Shown here piece by piece: positions 1 to 8,510 of a stretch of 31,398 nt of DNA. How positions within the stretch are numbered: the stretch's first letter is position 1; each line of letters starts with the position of its first letter. Source of the stretch: a virus; the IMG/VR virus record IMGVR_UViG_3300029251_000054, positions 1-31,398 of that record. One strand, 5' to 3'. Position numbers and translations under genes: made by a program. Below the pieces are notes generated by a model, which was not told where the DNA came from, searched no databases, and saw only the letters and a list, made by a program, of their open reading frames with translations.

Positions 1-98
1 TGGATGGGATAATTTTGAACATATTATAATTAAAGATAATTTGCCAGAACCTTGTGCCAAGACTTTAGAAAAAATTCTTATTCATAAGTATAATACTA
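1..98. repeat. Terminal overlap, left copy. Identical to 31300-31397, which closes the genome as a 31,299-bp circle
   Basis: Base-by-base comparison: 1-98 equals 31300-31397. The first mismatch is 99 (t) versus 31398 (g). The repeat lies inside a coding gene. Confidence 0.95.
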
Positions 99-454
99 TA
101 AATCCAAAATATGGATATAATGCTACAGATGGAGGTGACGGCACCTTAGGTATTGTATTCACTCAGGAAAGAAAAGATAAGATTAGAGCCAAATGTATTG
201 GAAGACATCCATCAGAAGAAACTCGAAAAAAGATGAGTAATAGTCATAAAGGTAAAGATTTGAGTTATTTAAATAATTCTTTTGGAAATAATCCTAGAGC
301 TAAAAAAGTAGGTGCATATAAAGACGATGTTCTTATTAAAGAATATGATTGTGCTGTTAGTGCTTCTTTAGATGTTGGAGTTCATAAAAATTCTATTTCT
401 AAAGCAATTAGAGGAGGCTATAAAGTAAAAGGATATATTTGAAAATACGCTTAA
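2..454 (+). CDS. GIY-YIG homing endonuclease #1, 3' part. The gene starts at 31163 and crosses the circular junction (196 aa in total)
   Basis: The frame is continuous with 31163..31398 through the terminal overlap. It is a paralog of 28202..28801 (KYGWDNFEHIIIKDNLPE.CAKTLE.ILIHKY). Track ORF 41..442 stops at TGA 440-442, but the frame stays open to TAA 452-454 and yields the C-terminal motif GYI-W-KYA. Confidence 0.85.
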
Positions 455-462
455 ACAGAAAT

Positions 463-487
463 AGGAGGGCAAATAACCCTCCTTTTT
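463..487. terminator. Rho-independent-type hairpin between convergent transcription units (probably bidirectional)
   Basis: The stem aggaggg (463-469) pairs with ccctcct (477-483). The loop is caaataa and a T-run extends to 487. It sits between the plus-strand stop at 454 and the minus-strand stop at 490. Confidence 0.7.
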
Positions 488-489
488 GT

Positions 490-630
490 TTATTCCATTA
501 TCTCAAATAATTTCTCATCTTTAGGTATTAATTCTCCAGTTTGTAAATCTACTAAGAATTTACTATTTTCGGGAATTACATAAACGTAATTTACTCCATT
601 TAAGCATAATTTATATGTAAAGTACTTCAT
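490..630 (-). CDS. Hypothetical small protein (46 aa)
   Basis: Minus-strand ATG at 630 and TAA at 492-490. Translation begins MKYFTYKLCLNGVNYVYVIPENSKFLVDLQTGELIPKDEKLFEIME. It starts 1 nt after the upstream gene's stop. It is below the track length cutoff. Confidence 0.5.
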   Translation of the reverse strand: MKYFTYKLCLNGVNYVYVIPENSKFLVDLQTGELIPKDEKLFEIME

Positions 631-631
631 A

Positions 632-766
632 TTAGTCAATATATGTTGCGTTAGGAATCTCTGGTTTTTCTTCTACTTCTTCCCAAACTAACCCTTTGTT
701 TTGGTTCTCTAATTGAACTATTCTATATTCTAGTTCTTCAAGCTTTTTAAATAAAAAATCATCCAT
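632..766 (-). CDS. Hypothetical small protein (44 aa)
   Basis: Minus-strand ATG at 766 and TAA at 634-632. Translation is MDDFLFKKLEELEYRIVQLENQNKGLVWEEVEEKPEIPNATYID. It is tightly packed in the operon. Confidence 0.5.
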   Translation of the reverse strand: MDDFLFKKLEELEYRIVQLENQNKGLVWEEVEEKPEIPNATYID

Positions 767-768
767 AA

Positions 769-981
769 TTAATCAAATTTTGAAATAAATGTAAAATCTC
801 TTTGTGCTAATACTCTATCTATAATATCTCCTAATTTCTTAGAATTCTCTTTAAATTCATTCATTCACTTATCAAACTCCTTAATAGTATCTTCTGACTT
901 TTTAAGAGTTTCTTTAATATCCGCAATTCTATTTAAATATGAATCTTGGTCTAATAATAATGTATCCTTTGCTTCTAACAT
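769..981 (-). CDS. Hypothetical coiled-coil protein (70 aa, code 4)
   Basis: Minus-strand ATG at 981 is preceded by aaaagg. The frame is open to TAA 771-769 if TGA 867-865 is read as Trp (..EFDK-W-MNEFKEN..). It overlaps the helicase 3' end by 53 nt. An alternative short start is the ATG at 864. Confidence 0.5.
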
Positions 982-2647
982 CCTTTTCAGTTTTAGTTGA
1001 TTTTCTAACTTCAAAATAGTGTTCAATATCTGTTGCCTTTGCAGTTTTCTTTATACCTAAAGTCTTATATACATCAGCAATCTTATTCTTCAATAAAGCT
1101 AAATTGTAGAACATACCATTCTGAATATCTCTTGTAAGTAATTTGGCAACCTTATTTGGCATATTTTTATCTGATATTTTAACAAGCTCCTCTTTAATAT
1201 CTTTAATGCAATAACCCAAAGTTGCCATTCTTTCAAATCCCAGTTTATTAATTGCATCATTTAACCAAGGATATTTAATTAGAGCTTCATTTAATATAGG
1301 AGTTCCAACTTTAAATTTAGTTTCCCATTCAGCTCTTACATCTTTAATAAGCTCCTGAAATGACTTACTAGGAGCTTCAAGGTCTATCTTAATAGATTTA
1401 TCTTCACATTCAGCAACCTTTATAAAGCCATTCTTTAGATATTCATTAGTAAGATTAACTCTTACAGAGTATAAACCTCTTGCAACCTTAAAATTGAATA
1501 TATCTACTTTAGCCATATTTGGGTCAAATTCAAAGGTATAATCCTCATTAATTTGAATATATGTGTCACTTGTAAAGTCTGTAATCTTCTTACGAGCTAC
1601 TTCTGGAAGCTGATTATATGATTCAACTGCAATCTTTGTTTCTTCAATATTCTTTAATGTATTATTTTTAAATGTATCATAATCTATCTCTGCATATCTT
1701 GTGGCTGAATAAAGATGAGTAATCCAATTTAAATATTTACTATTTCTAATTCTACCAGCAATCTGTTGAATTGAAGTAGATATATCTAAAAGAGTCTGAG
1801 CTTTAGAGGAATCACTAACTACAATAATTCTTCCATTTTCATCATAAATATCAGAACCTTCAAATACAGTAGAAGTCAACAAATTAATCTTCTTAGGTTC
1901 ATCATTTACTGAAGAATTCTGAATTGGCAGTTTAGTTCTATTATTCTTAGAATATACTACTCTTGTGTTATCTGCTGTAAGTTTAGCCTTTAAAATAAGA
2001 TTCTTTATAAAGTCAACAGAGTTAACAAATATATAAGCATTACCTTCAACATTTCCACTTAAAAATCCATTTATAAGCTTAATTGTGGAAGCTTCTACAT
2101 TCTTGCATTTGACAGTCTGAACTTTAGTCTCGATAACATCATCCCATTCTTGTCTTACTAATGGCAGTTTAGACAATTCATCTAAAACAAATTCATCTTC
2201 TAATGGAGTTGCAGTCATAAATGTATATTCTTTAAATAGACTATATGTCTTTAATACATCTTTAATTGCATCTCTTCTAAGACTATATTGATTAAATAGT
2301 ATATGATATTCATCAATTAATAAGCTATAATCTTTAGGATTTACTGCTTCTATTACTTTATAAAGAGAATTATAAGTAACAATGATTTTAGGGCATTTAA
2401 CTGAAGATACATAAGCTTCAATGTCTGTCTTAGTAATACCTTGATAAACTCCAAAAATAGGCTCTTTACGTCTTTCATTAGGATATTGAGCAAGTTTATT
2501 CTCAACTAAGCTTACAAATGGAATACATATAACATAAGGCTTATCACACTCTAAAGCCATTGAAGTTCCACCACATCCTACTTTACCTTTGTCAAATAAG
2601 CAGTTAGTAGGTAATTCATTGATTAAATTATTTAAATAAGTTTTCAT
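929..2647 (-). CDS. SF2 (DExH-type) helicase, 572 aa
   Basis: Intact track ORF. It has a P-loop-like GKVGCGGTS, motif II LLIDEYH, motif III MTATP, motif V-like TSTVFEGSDI and motif VI QQIAGRIRN. It ends in TAG. It has no TGA, and all 4 Trp codons are TGG. Confidence 0.8.
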   Translation of the reverse strand: MKTYLNNLINELPTNCLFDKGKVGCGGTSMALECDKPYVICIPFVSLVENKLAQYPNERRKEPIFGVYQGITKTDIEAYVSSVKCPKIIVTYNSLYKVIEAVNPKDYSLLIDEYHILFNQYSLRRDAIKDVLKTYSLFKEYTFMTATPLEDEFVLDELSKLPLVRQEWDDVIETKVQTVKCKNVEASTIKLINGFLSGNVEGNAYIFVNSVDFIKNLILKAKLTADNTRVVYSKNNRTKLPIQNSSVNDEPKKINLLTSTVFEGSDIYDENGRIIVVSDSSKAQTLLDISTSIQQIAGRIRNSKYLNWITHLYSATRYAEIDYDTFKNNTLKNIEETKIAVESYNQLPEVARKKITDFTSDTYIQINEDYTFEFDPNMAKVDIFNFKVARGLYSVRVNLTNEYLKNGFIKVAECEDKSIKIDLEAPSKSFQELIKDVRAEWETKFKVGTPILNEALIKYPWLNDAINKLGFERMATLGYCIKDIKEELVKISDKNMPNKVAKLLTRDIQNGMFYNLALLKNKIADVYKTLGIKKTAKATDIEHYFEVRKSTKTEKDVRSKGYIIIRPRFIFK

Positions 2648-2681
2648 AATAGTAATTTTTAATAAGTTAATAAATTTTATA

Positions 2682-2731
2682 TGTAACTTTTTTTATTTAT
2701 CTTACTACAAAATATTAGTAAAAAAGTTACA
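2682..2731 (-). repeat. 50-nt dyad-symmetric intergenic element, copy A. It may be a promoter or operator. Sense orientation is on the minus strand, 34 nt upstream of the helicase ATG
   Basis: The reverse complement tgtaacttttttactaatattttgtagtaagataaataaaaaaagttaca matches copy B (8391-8440) at 43 of 50 positions. The arms are TGTAAC(Y)TTTTTA / TAAAAA(A)GTTACA. Copy B shares the same downstream flank TATAAAAT. Confidence 0.6.
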
Positions 2732-2854
2732 GTAAAGGTTAAAATTAAACTGGGAATTAATCCCAGCTCAATTTTCAATATGGAAGTAGTTTTAGTTTGA
2801 TAGTACAAATATACAACAATTTTTCTCAATCTCCAAATAATTTAAGTATTATTT

Positions 2855-2888
2855 TTCTTGCATAATTAAAAATTTATTCATATATTTG
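2855..2888 (+). promoter_or_regulatory. Candidate Bacteroidota-type promoter for the plus-strand early operon (-33 cTTG, -7 TAtaTTTG)
   Basis: TATATTTG at 2881-2888 fits the TAnnTTTG -7 consensus exactly. ttcttg ends at 2860, 20 nt upstream. The site is 47 nt upstream of ATG 2935. It is a single occurrence, so the support is weak. Confidence 0.3.
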
Positions 2889-2934
2889 CACTATGAAAGT
2901 AAGACATAATATTAACAATTAAACTTTATAAATT

Positions 2935-3114
2935 ATGAAAACTAAACAAATTGAAGCACTTGAATATTTTCTTGATATATTAGATGGTAAGATTACTGAA
3001 GATGGTTCTATTGAGAAAGCTCAAGAATTATGTAATGAGGCATTAAAGGAGATTGAAACCAATGAAAAGGTAAAGAAATCCTCTTGGTTTTTTGGTTTAG
3101 GTATTTCTTTCTAA
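2935..3114 (+). CDS. Hypothetical early protein (59 aa)
   Basis: ATG 2935 to TAA 3112-3114. Translation begins MKTKQIEALEYFLDILDGKITEDGSIEKAQELCNEALKEIETNEK. It is not in the track because it is under 60 aa. It is the first plus-strand ORF after the divergent region. Confidence 0.55.
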   Translation: MKTKQIEALEYFLDILDGKITEDGSIEKAQELCNEALKEIETNEKVKKSSWFFGLGISF

Positions 3115-3125
3115 TATATTTAATT

Positions 3126-3365
3126 ATGAAAAAGATAAATAAAATATTAGCTGGATTATTAGTACTTAGCTTTATTATAGCTGGTATTAGAGTATATAAT
3201 GCTTATGAAGACTACCAAACTAAAACATTTGAGCTTAGATTAGAACAGGCAGAACTCCAGCATAAATTAGACTCTGTAATGTGGTATAATCCTGGAAGTT
3301 CAGAAGTATCTGAATTATATGAACAGTATTGTGATGTAACCTTAAAAATTCATAATGTAAGATAA
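3126..3365 (+). CDS. Small membrane protein (79 aa)
   Basis: In-frame ATG at 3126 within track ORF 3084..3365. The N-terminal hydrophobic helix is KILAGLLVLSFIIAGIRVY. The track start at 3084 is non-ATG and overlaps the preceding ORF. Confidence 0.6.
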   Translation: MKKINKILAGLLVLSFIIAGIRVYNAYEDYQTKTFELRLEQAELQHKLDSVMWYNPGSSEVSELYEQYCDVTLKIHNVR

Positions 3366-3802
3366 TGAAAACAGATATAAGAAGTTTAGTCTTTATAAAG
3401 AATCTATTTAAAGATAAATATAATATAGAAATAGAATGATGTAAAGACGATTATTCCAGATATGATGGAACATTTACTTGGAATAATATAGATTATATAA
3501 TTGAAGTTAAAAGGAGAAAATTTAAATCAGATAAATATCCAACTACAATTATAAACAGGGATAAGTTTGATATACTTAGTAAATGTAACTCTATATTAGT
3601 CATTATATTTGAGGATGGAGTTTATATTTATAAAGATGTAAAAAGAGCTTTTATTAAAGATTCAATGAAATATGGAAGAAGTACAACTGATTTTGGAGGA
3701 GAATATAAATACTCTTTAAAAACAGAGTTATCTTTAAAGAAAGCAATTAAATTAGAAATAGACACAACTTTTAGTAATTATATAAGAAATGACGACATAT
3801 AA
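3365..3802 (+). CDS. PD-(D/E)XK-like nuclease-fold protein (145 aa, code 4)
   Basis: The ATG overlaps the upstream TAA (taATG). It is missing from the track because of TGA 3437-3439 (..NIEIE-W-CKDD..). It has a D..(D/E)xK-like signature, YDG...DYIIEVKRRK. It ends in TAA at 3800-3802. Confidence 0.55.
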
Positions 3803-4280
3803 GGCAATACCTGGATATGAAAACTATTTAATAGGAACTGACGGTTCGGTCTTGAGTACTAGAACCTCAGTTCCGAAAAATATCAAACCTCAACTTCAAA
3901 ATAGTGGATACTATTATGTTACTTTATATAATCCGTTTGGGCCAAAGAAATACCTATTACATAGACTAATGGCAGAAGTTTTCATAGGTAAAAATGACTT
4001 ATGTATTAATCATAAGGACGAAAATAAGCTAAATAATAACTTAGATAATTTAGAGTACTGTACTTATGAGTATAACAATAATTATGGCAGTCATAACATT
4101 AAAATGGGAATTTCTCATAAGAAAGCAATTAAACAGCTATCCTTAGATAGAAGTTTTATTAAGAGATGAGATTCCGCAATAGATGCTGAACGGGAGCTTA
4201 ATATACAATCCAGAAACATTGTAAAGGTTCTTAAAGGTCAGCGAAAAACAGCTGGAGGATTTATTTGGGAATATGAATAA
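3789..4280 (+). CDS. HNH homing endonuclease #1 (163 aa, code 4)
   Basis: NUMOD4-like N-terminus (IPGYENYLIGTDGSV) and HNH_3-like INHKDENKLNNNLDNLEYCT. Track ORF 3789..4169 ends at TGA 4167-4169, but the frame continues to TAA 4278-4280. This adds the DNA-binding tail ..KTAGGFIWEYE. Confidence 0.85.
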
Positions 4281-4581
4281 CAATGAAATAATAGAAAAAT
4301 ACTATCCATTTATTATGGAGTTAAAAGAAAAATTTGGTGCAGATGATGATTGCACACAAATGGTATGTATCGCACTTCTGGAAACATCTAATTCCAAGCT
4401 TCAGTCATTAGATAGTAAGAATGAGCTGAAGTATTGGATTACAAGAGTATTTAAGAATAATTGGTTTTCTAAGAATAGTAGATACTATTACCAATATAAA
4501 AAGTACTATGAAATATTTAAAGAGCCATTAGAACAACAAACGGATAATTTAGAGGATTGGTTAAATGAAGCAGAAGATTAA
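4273..4581 (+). CDS. Sigma-70 family region-2-like protein (102 aa), N-terminal half of a split sigma-like factor
   Basis: The pattern ..GADDDCTQMVCIALLE..(n)..LKYWITRVFKNNWFSKNSR resembles ECF sigma regions 2.1-2.4. No region 4 is present in this ORF. It ends in TAA at 4579-4581. Confidence 0.5.
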   Translation: MNNNEIIEKYYPFIMELKEKFGADDDCTQMVCIALLETSNSKLQSLDSKNELKYWITRVFKNNWFSKNSRYYYQYKKYYEIFKEPLEQQTDNLEDWLNEAED

Positions 4582-4831
4582 TATTGATGATTTATTAATT
4601 GAGTATAACTTTGAAATAGATACCTTTACAGAGATGGATGATAGATTACTTGCAATTTATCCGAAATGAGAGGCATTAAATAGAGCATATAAGACCATAA
4701 TTATCTTATATGCTGAATATCGAAGTTATAGAGAAGTTGGGAAGATTCTGGGAATTAGTCATACTACCATAGCAAGGACAATAACTAACATTAGAAACAA
4801 AATATGTTATGGAAGTTTGGAAGAAGTATAA
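4565..4831 (+). CDS. Sigma-70 region-4-like HTH protein (88 aa, code 4), C-terminal half of a split sigma-like factor
   Basis: ATG 4565 lies 17 nt before the stop of the upstream ORF and is in a different frame. It has one in-frame TGA at 4667-4669 (YPK-W-EAL). LNRAYKTIIILYAEYRSYREVGKILGISHTTIARTITNIRNKI looks like a region 4.2 HTH. It is absent from the track. Confidence 0.55.
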
Positions 4832-5357
4832 AGATTATAACATTGAAGTAAGTAATACAGGAAAAGTTAGGACTACAGAAAGAGATGTATTATATAAAGA
4901 TGGAAGAAGACATCATTATGATAGTAAAGAGTTAAAACAACACATTATTAGGCAATACTATTATGTAACTTTAAGTATTGATGGCAAATCAAAGAATTTT
5001 AGAGTTAATAGGTTAGTTGCAGAATGTTTTATAGAAAATCCATATAATTTACCTATAGTGAATCACAAAGATGAAAACAAGTTAAATAACTCTGCAGACA
5101 ATTTAGAATGATGTACTGCCAGTTATAATAATACATATAATGATTCTCATTTAAAAAGAGGTGTTAACTTACAAAACAAACGAAGTAAAAAAGTTTACCA
5201 ATATAGTTTAGATGGAACTCTTATTAAGATATGGCCTTCTATAAGAGAGATACGTAGAGTAAAAGGATATGATAATGGTCAGATAAGTAAGTGTTGCAAT
5301 AATAAATTAAAAAATAATATTAGCTATGGGTATATTTGGAAGTATTCTATTGATTAA
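4809..5357 (+). CDS. HNH homing endonuclease #2 (182 aa, code 4)
   Basis: The track ORF ends at TGA 5109-5111, inside the canonical motif NHKDENKLNNSADNLE-W-CT. The frame continues to TAA 5355-5357 and has the C-terminal motif GYIWKY. Confidence 0.85.
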
Positions 5358-5379
5358 TTTTATAGTAATAATATATGTA

Positions 5380-5658
5380 ATGTCTGGTATAGATGTTCTA
5401 ATTAGAAAGAAGATATGGGAGCGTTTATATGGTAAAATGCCTTTTAATGAGAATTGGATGTCTAAACCTTGAGGATGTGAGTGGTGCTTAGGAACTTGAA
5501 TAGGTCTTATAAGCTTATTTTGGTTGGGATTTACTCAGATAAATATATTCTTAGTGCTAGTTATTGCTTTTTATAATTTTATTATAAAGGATTGTATGAT
5601 TCTAATTAAAGATATGATTACCAAACTAATAGATATAGTTTATAAATACTTGGATTAA
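5380..5658 (+). CDS. DUF1360-like small membrane protein (92 aa, code 4)
   Basis: ATG 5380. An in-frame TTG at 5350 would add a hydrophobic N-terminus. Two in-frame TGAs lie at 5470 and 5497 (KP-W-GCEWCLGT-W-IGLISLFWLG). The Cys/Trp motif plus TM helices are typical of DUF1360. It ends in TAA at 5656-5658. Confidence 0.6.
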
Positions 5659-5680
5659 AAATAATATATTTTAAATAAAA

Positions 5681-6013
5681 ATGAAAGAATTAACAAAAGA
5701 ACAGTATGAATATTTAAGTAAATTCGATAATAGGTTTAAATGTGCTGTTAGAGCTAACTATTGTCGTAACATCCAAAAAGAAGATACTGAAAGGATGAGA
5801 GCTATTTATGAGGAACTAATAGAGCAGCCATATAAAATGAATATAAACTGCGGAACTTGTGTTCTTAACCTTATAAAGAGACTTGGAGTTTATTACTTTG
5901 AATATGTTGAAAAACTAAAAACTATTGAGGATGAAGGAGCAAATAAAGAAGAAAGTAGGGAGACCGAAAAAGGCAGAGGTAGAAAAGGAACAAATAGACG
6001 AAGTAAAGACTAA
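5681..6013 (+). CDS. Cys-rich hypothetical protein (110 aa)
   Basis: Intact track ORF with four Cys arranged as C-x6-C ... C-x2-C (CAVRANYC, CGTC). Its 3' ~85 nt overlap the TerS frame, so its true end or its expression is uncertain. Confidence 0.5.
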   Translation: MKELTKEQYEYLSKFDNRFKCAVRANYCRNIQKEDTERMRAIYEELIEQPYKMNINCGTCVLNLIKRLGVYYFEYVEKLKTIEDEGANKEESRETEKGRGRKGTNRRSKD

Positions 6014-6374
6014 ATATCTTTATGCTGCAAGGTTATTTAACAAAGGATGGTCAAGGAATAAAGTAAGTGAAGAACTTCAAAGTAAATATAATGTAAGCCA
6101 ATCAACGGCTGCAAGATATATTGGAGAAGCTTATAAGATAATTGCTGAAAAGAATGATAACCTTATAAAAAATCTTAGACATATACAATTATCAAGATTG
6201 GAATCATTACTGGATACTGCTATTAGTAAGGGAGATATTAGAGCTGCAAATGAGATTATTAAGACTATAAATAGTATGTTTGGATTAAATCAACCTGAGA
6301 CTATTGTAGCTATTCAGAATAATGAAGTCCAGTTTAAATTTGGAGATCCAATTAACAATGACAAAAATATATAA
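5931..6374 (+). CDS. Terminase small subunit (putative, 147 aa)
   Basis: First ATG in track ORF 5925..6374. It has a basic N-terminus (KKKVGRPKK), an HTH-like NVSQSTAARYIGEAY and a helical C-terminus. It sits directly upstream of TerL and overlaps it. Confidence 0.6.
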   Translation: MKEQIKKKVGRPKKAEVEKEQIDEVKTKYLYAARLFNKGWSRNKVSEELQSKYNVSQSTAARYIGEAYKIIAEKNDNLIKNLRHIQLSRLESLLDTAISKGDIRAANEIIKTINSMFGLNQPETIVAIQNNEVQFKFGDPINNDKNI

Positions 6375-7605
6375 AGGATATAGCCCATTTATCTATCAAT
6401 TAAAGGTACATACTGCTTTAGAGCACTCTTATAGGTCTGGAAAAATATTTACTGTAAAAGCAAAGAGACAATGTGGTAAATCCTTTATGGCAGAAAATGA
6501 ACTATTACGATTTTCAATTAACTATCCTGGAAGTATTAGCTGTATTGTTGAACCAACTCTTACTAACTCCAGAAAGATATTTAAAGAGTTAGTAAAGGCA
6601 TTAGATGGCACAGATATTATTAAGAAAAAGAATGAATCTTTGCTTGAGATTGAATTTACTAATGGGAGTGAAATACTATTTAAATCTGCTGAGCAAAAAG
6701 ATTCATTACGAGGATTTACAGTTAGTGGAATATTAGTAATTGACGAAGCAGCTTATATATCAGATGAAGTATACGAAATTTTAACACCTATAGCTGATGT
6801 ATGAAATGCTCCAATACTTATAATTAGTACTCCAAGGTTTAGAGAAGGATTCTTTTATGAATGCTTTAAAAAAGGCTTTGATGGTAATTTTAGTAAATAT
6901 TATCAATCCTTTGATTGAGCATTAGAAGATACTTCTATGCTGTTAAGTGAGGATAAACTTGAAATGTATCGCCTTACAACCTCCAAAAATAAATTTAGAA
7001 CTGAATATCTTGGAGAGTTTGCAGATGATGATGGTTGCCTATTTAATAATATAGCTAACTGTATAATTGATAAAAAACCTGAATATCATAATCTCTATAT
7101 TGGAGTTGACTGGGCTACTGGTTCTGGTAAAGACTATACTTGTATTACAGCTTTAAATGAAAATGGGCAGATGGTCTTTATAAAGTATTTTAACAACAAA
7201 ACTCCAACAGAACAAGTTGATTTACTGACAAATATATTTACTGAGTATCAGGGATTTATAAAGATAGTTCAAGTTGAACAAAACTCAATAGGTTCAGTGT
7301 TTTATGATATTCTTGTAAAAAGGAATCCTAAATTACGGATAGTTAAGTTTTTAACTACTAATAAGTCTAAAGCAGCTATTGTAAATAAGCTACAAGCGGC
7401 ATTAGAAAATGAAAAGATTGGTATTTTAAAGGATGATAAACTATTAAATGAATTAAGACTATATGAAGCCAGTTATAATCCAAAGACTGGAAATGTATCA
7501 TATAATGCTCCATCTGGATTTAATGATGATACTTGTATATCTTTAATGTTAGCTTATGATGCTTTAAATACAAATAAAGGAACTTATAATATTGCAATTA
7601 AATAA
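6358..7605 (+). CDS. Terminase large subunit (415 aa, code 4)
   Basis: Track ORFs 6322..6804 and 6937..7605 share one frame and are joined through TGA 6802-6804 and TGA 6916-6918, with no TAA or TAG between. Walker A is KAKRQCGKSF and Walker B is ILVIDEAAY. The C-terminal half is RNaseH-like (IGVDWATGSGKDYT ... NDDTCISL). Confidence 0.85.
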
Positions 7606-8389
7606 TGATAAAGAATTGGAATGAAATGGATTTATCTCATTATAAAAGACTGTTTGAGATAATACGAAAAGACTGGGAAAATGAATTAGATATGAATTTA
7701 GCTATGGTATCTGTACTTAGTGATATACCTATAGAAGATATAACTAATATGGAAGTAAACAAGCTACAAGAGTTTATAAATAATCTTAAATTTATAGAGA
7801 CTCCATATAAGCCAAAAACCCCAGAAACTACTTATAATATTGGTAATAAAGAATATAAAGTCTTTTTTAATGTTAATAAGATGACGGCCAGTCAATATAT
7901 TGACTTTCAGAATTTTTATAAGCAGTATGATGATTTTATGCCTAATCTGGCAGCTTGTTTCTTACTACCTAATGGAAAGAAGTATGGAGAAGATTATGAC
8001 CCTATTGATGAGGCAGAATTCTTAAATACCCATCTAACAATAGATATATTTTCAGACATAATGTTTTTTTTTGTAAACTTATTGCAAGTATCAACGCTGA
8101 GTACCCTACACTCTTCGGAAAGGGAGATGAAGAAGAGACTAAGGAAAACAAGGGACAAACTGGAAAGGAGGAAACTTCTGAAGAGCTTAATACAGACGAG
8201 ACGATTAATCCTTTTACTCAAAAATGAAGCTGAATTATCTGAATAGATAAGGTAAGTGAAGTTACCAGATTTAATTGGCACCAGATATATGATATGCAGA
8301 TTAAAGAGTTTCTTAACATTATATGCTATGTTATAGATAAAGCTAATGAAGAAAATAGACAGATTGAAGAATGAAAAAGAAAACATTAA
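7605..8389 (+). CDS. Conserved phage protein that needs a -1 shift at a T9 run (about 261 aa). It may be assembly/chaperone-like
   Basis: Frame 0 runs from 7605 to the T9 run at 8064-8072. The -1 frame then runs to TAA 8387-8389 and gives a plausible sequence: ..FFFCKLIASINAEYPTLFGKGDEEE...PFTQK-W-S-W-II-W-IDKVSEVTRFNWHQIYDMQIKEFLN.. (4 TGA codons). The frame-0 continuation to 8246 is basic and low-complexity. Confidence 0.55.
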
Positions 8390-8390
8390 C

Positions 8391-8440
8391 TGTAACCTTT
8401 TTACTCATATTTGGTACTAAGATAATATAAAAAAGTTACA
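8391..8440 (+). repeat. 50-nt dyad-symmetric intergenic element, copy B (sense on the plus strand)
   Basis: Sequence tgtaacctttttactcatatttggtactaagataatataaaaaagttaca starts 2 nt after the stop at 8389. It is followed by TATAAAAT, as is copy A. It matches copy A(rc) at 43 of 50 positions and copy C(rc) at 42 of 50. Confidence 0.6.
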
Positions 8441-8447
8441 TATAAAA

Positions 8448-8470
8448 TAGGGAGTAAACCTCCCTATTTT
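8448..8470 (+). terminator. Rho-independent-type hairpin
   Basis: The stem tagggag (8448-8454) pairs with ctcccta (8460-8466). The loop is taaac and TTTT follows at 8467-8470. Confidence 0.6.
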
Positions 8471-8510
8471 CATTAACTACTAATATATAAAATAATATAT
8501 TTTAACAAAA

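Noticed and set aside
1-98. The 98-nt terminal repeat as genuine physical direct terminal repeats
   Set aside because: It lies in the middle of an intact coding sequence and its length is like a k-mer overlap. An assembly circularisation artefact is more likely, but it needs read-terminus analysis.
2648-2934. A tRNA or suppressor tRNA in the intergenic gaps (also 8390-8510, 17376-17487, 20816-20898, 26635-26741)
   Set aside because: I could find no acceptor/T-arm pairing and no GTTC(R)A T-loop by eye. The gaps are AT-rich and are occupied by the dyad elements and terminators. This is a visual search only, so tRNAscan-SE should be run.
4565-4581. A programmed frameshift fusing the two sigma-like ORFs
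   Set aside because: There is no slippery heptamer or homopolymer in the 17-nt overlap, and a TAA lies directly upstream of the second ATG. Translational coupling of two polypeptides is simpler. A sequencing indel remains possible.
6322-6357. N-terminal extensions given by the track (6322 for TerL, 27064 for portal, 3084, 25065, 26733, 5925)
   Set aside because: These start at non-ATG codons or deep inside the upstream gene. Internal ATGs (6358, 27121, 3126, 25143, 26742, 5931) give the short overlaps typical of the rest of the genome.
7994-8386. Minus-strand track ORF (130 aa) antisense to gene 7605-8389
   Set aside because: Low-complexity Phe/Ser/Leu-rich translation with no start context. 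It is the shadow of a plus-strand coding region.
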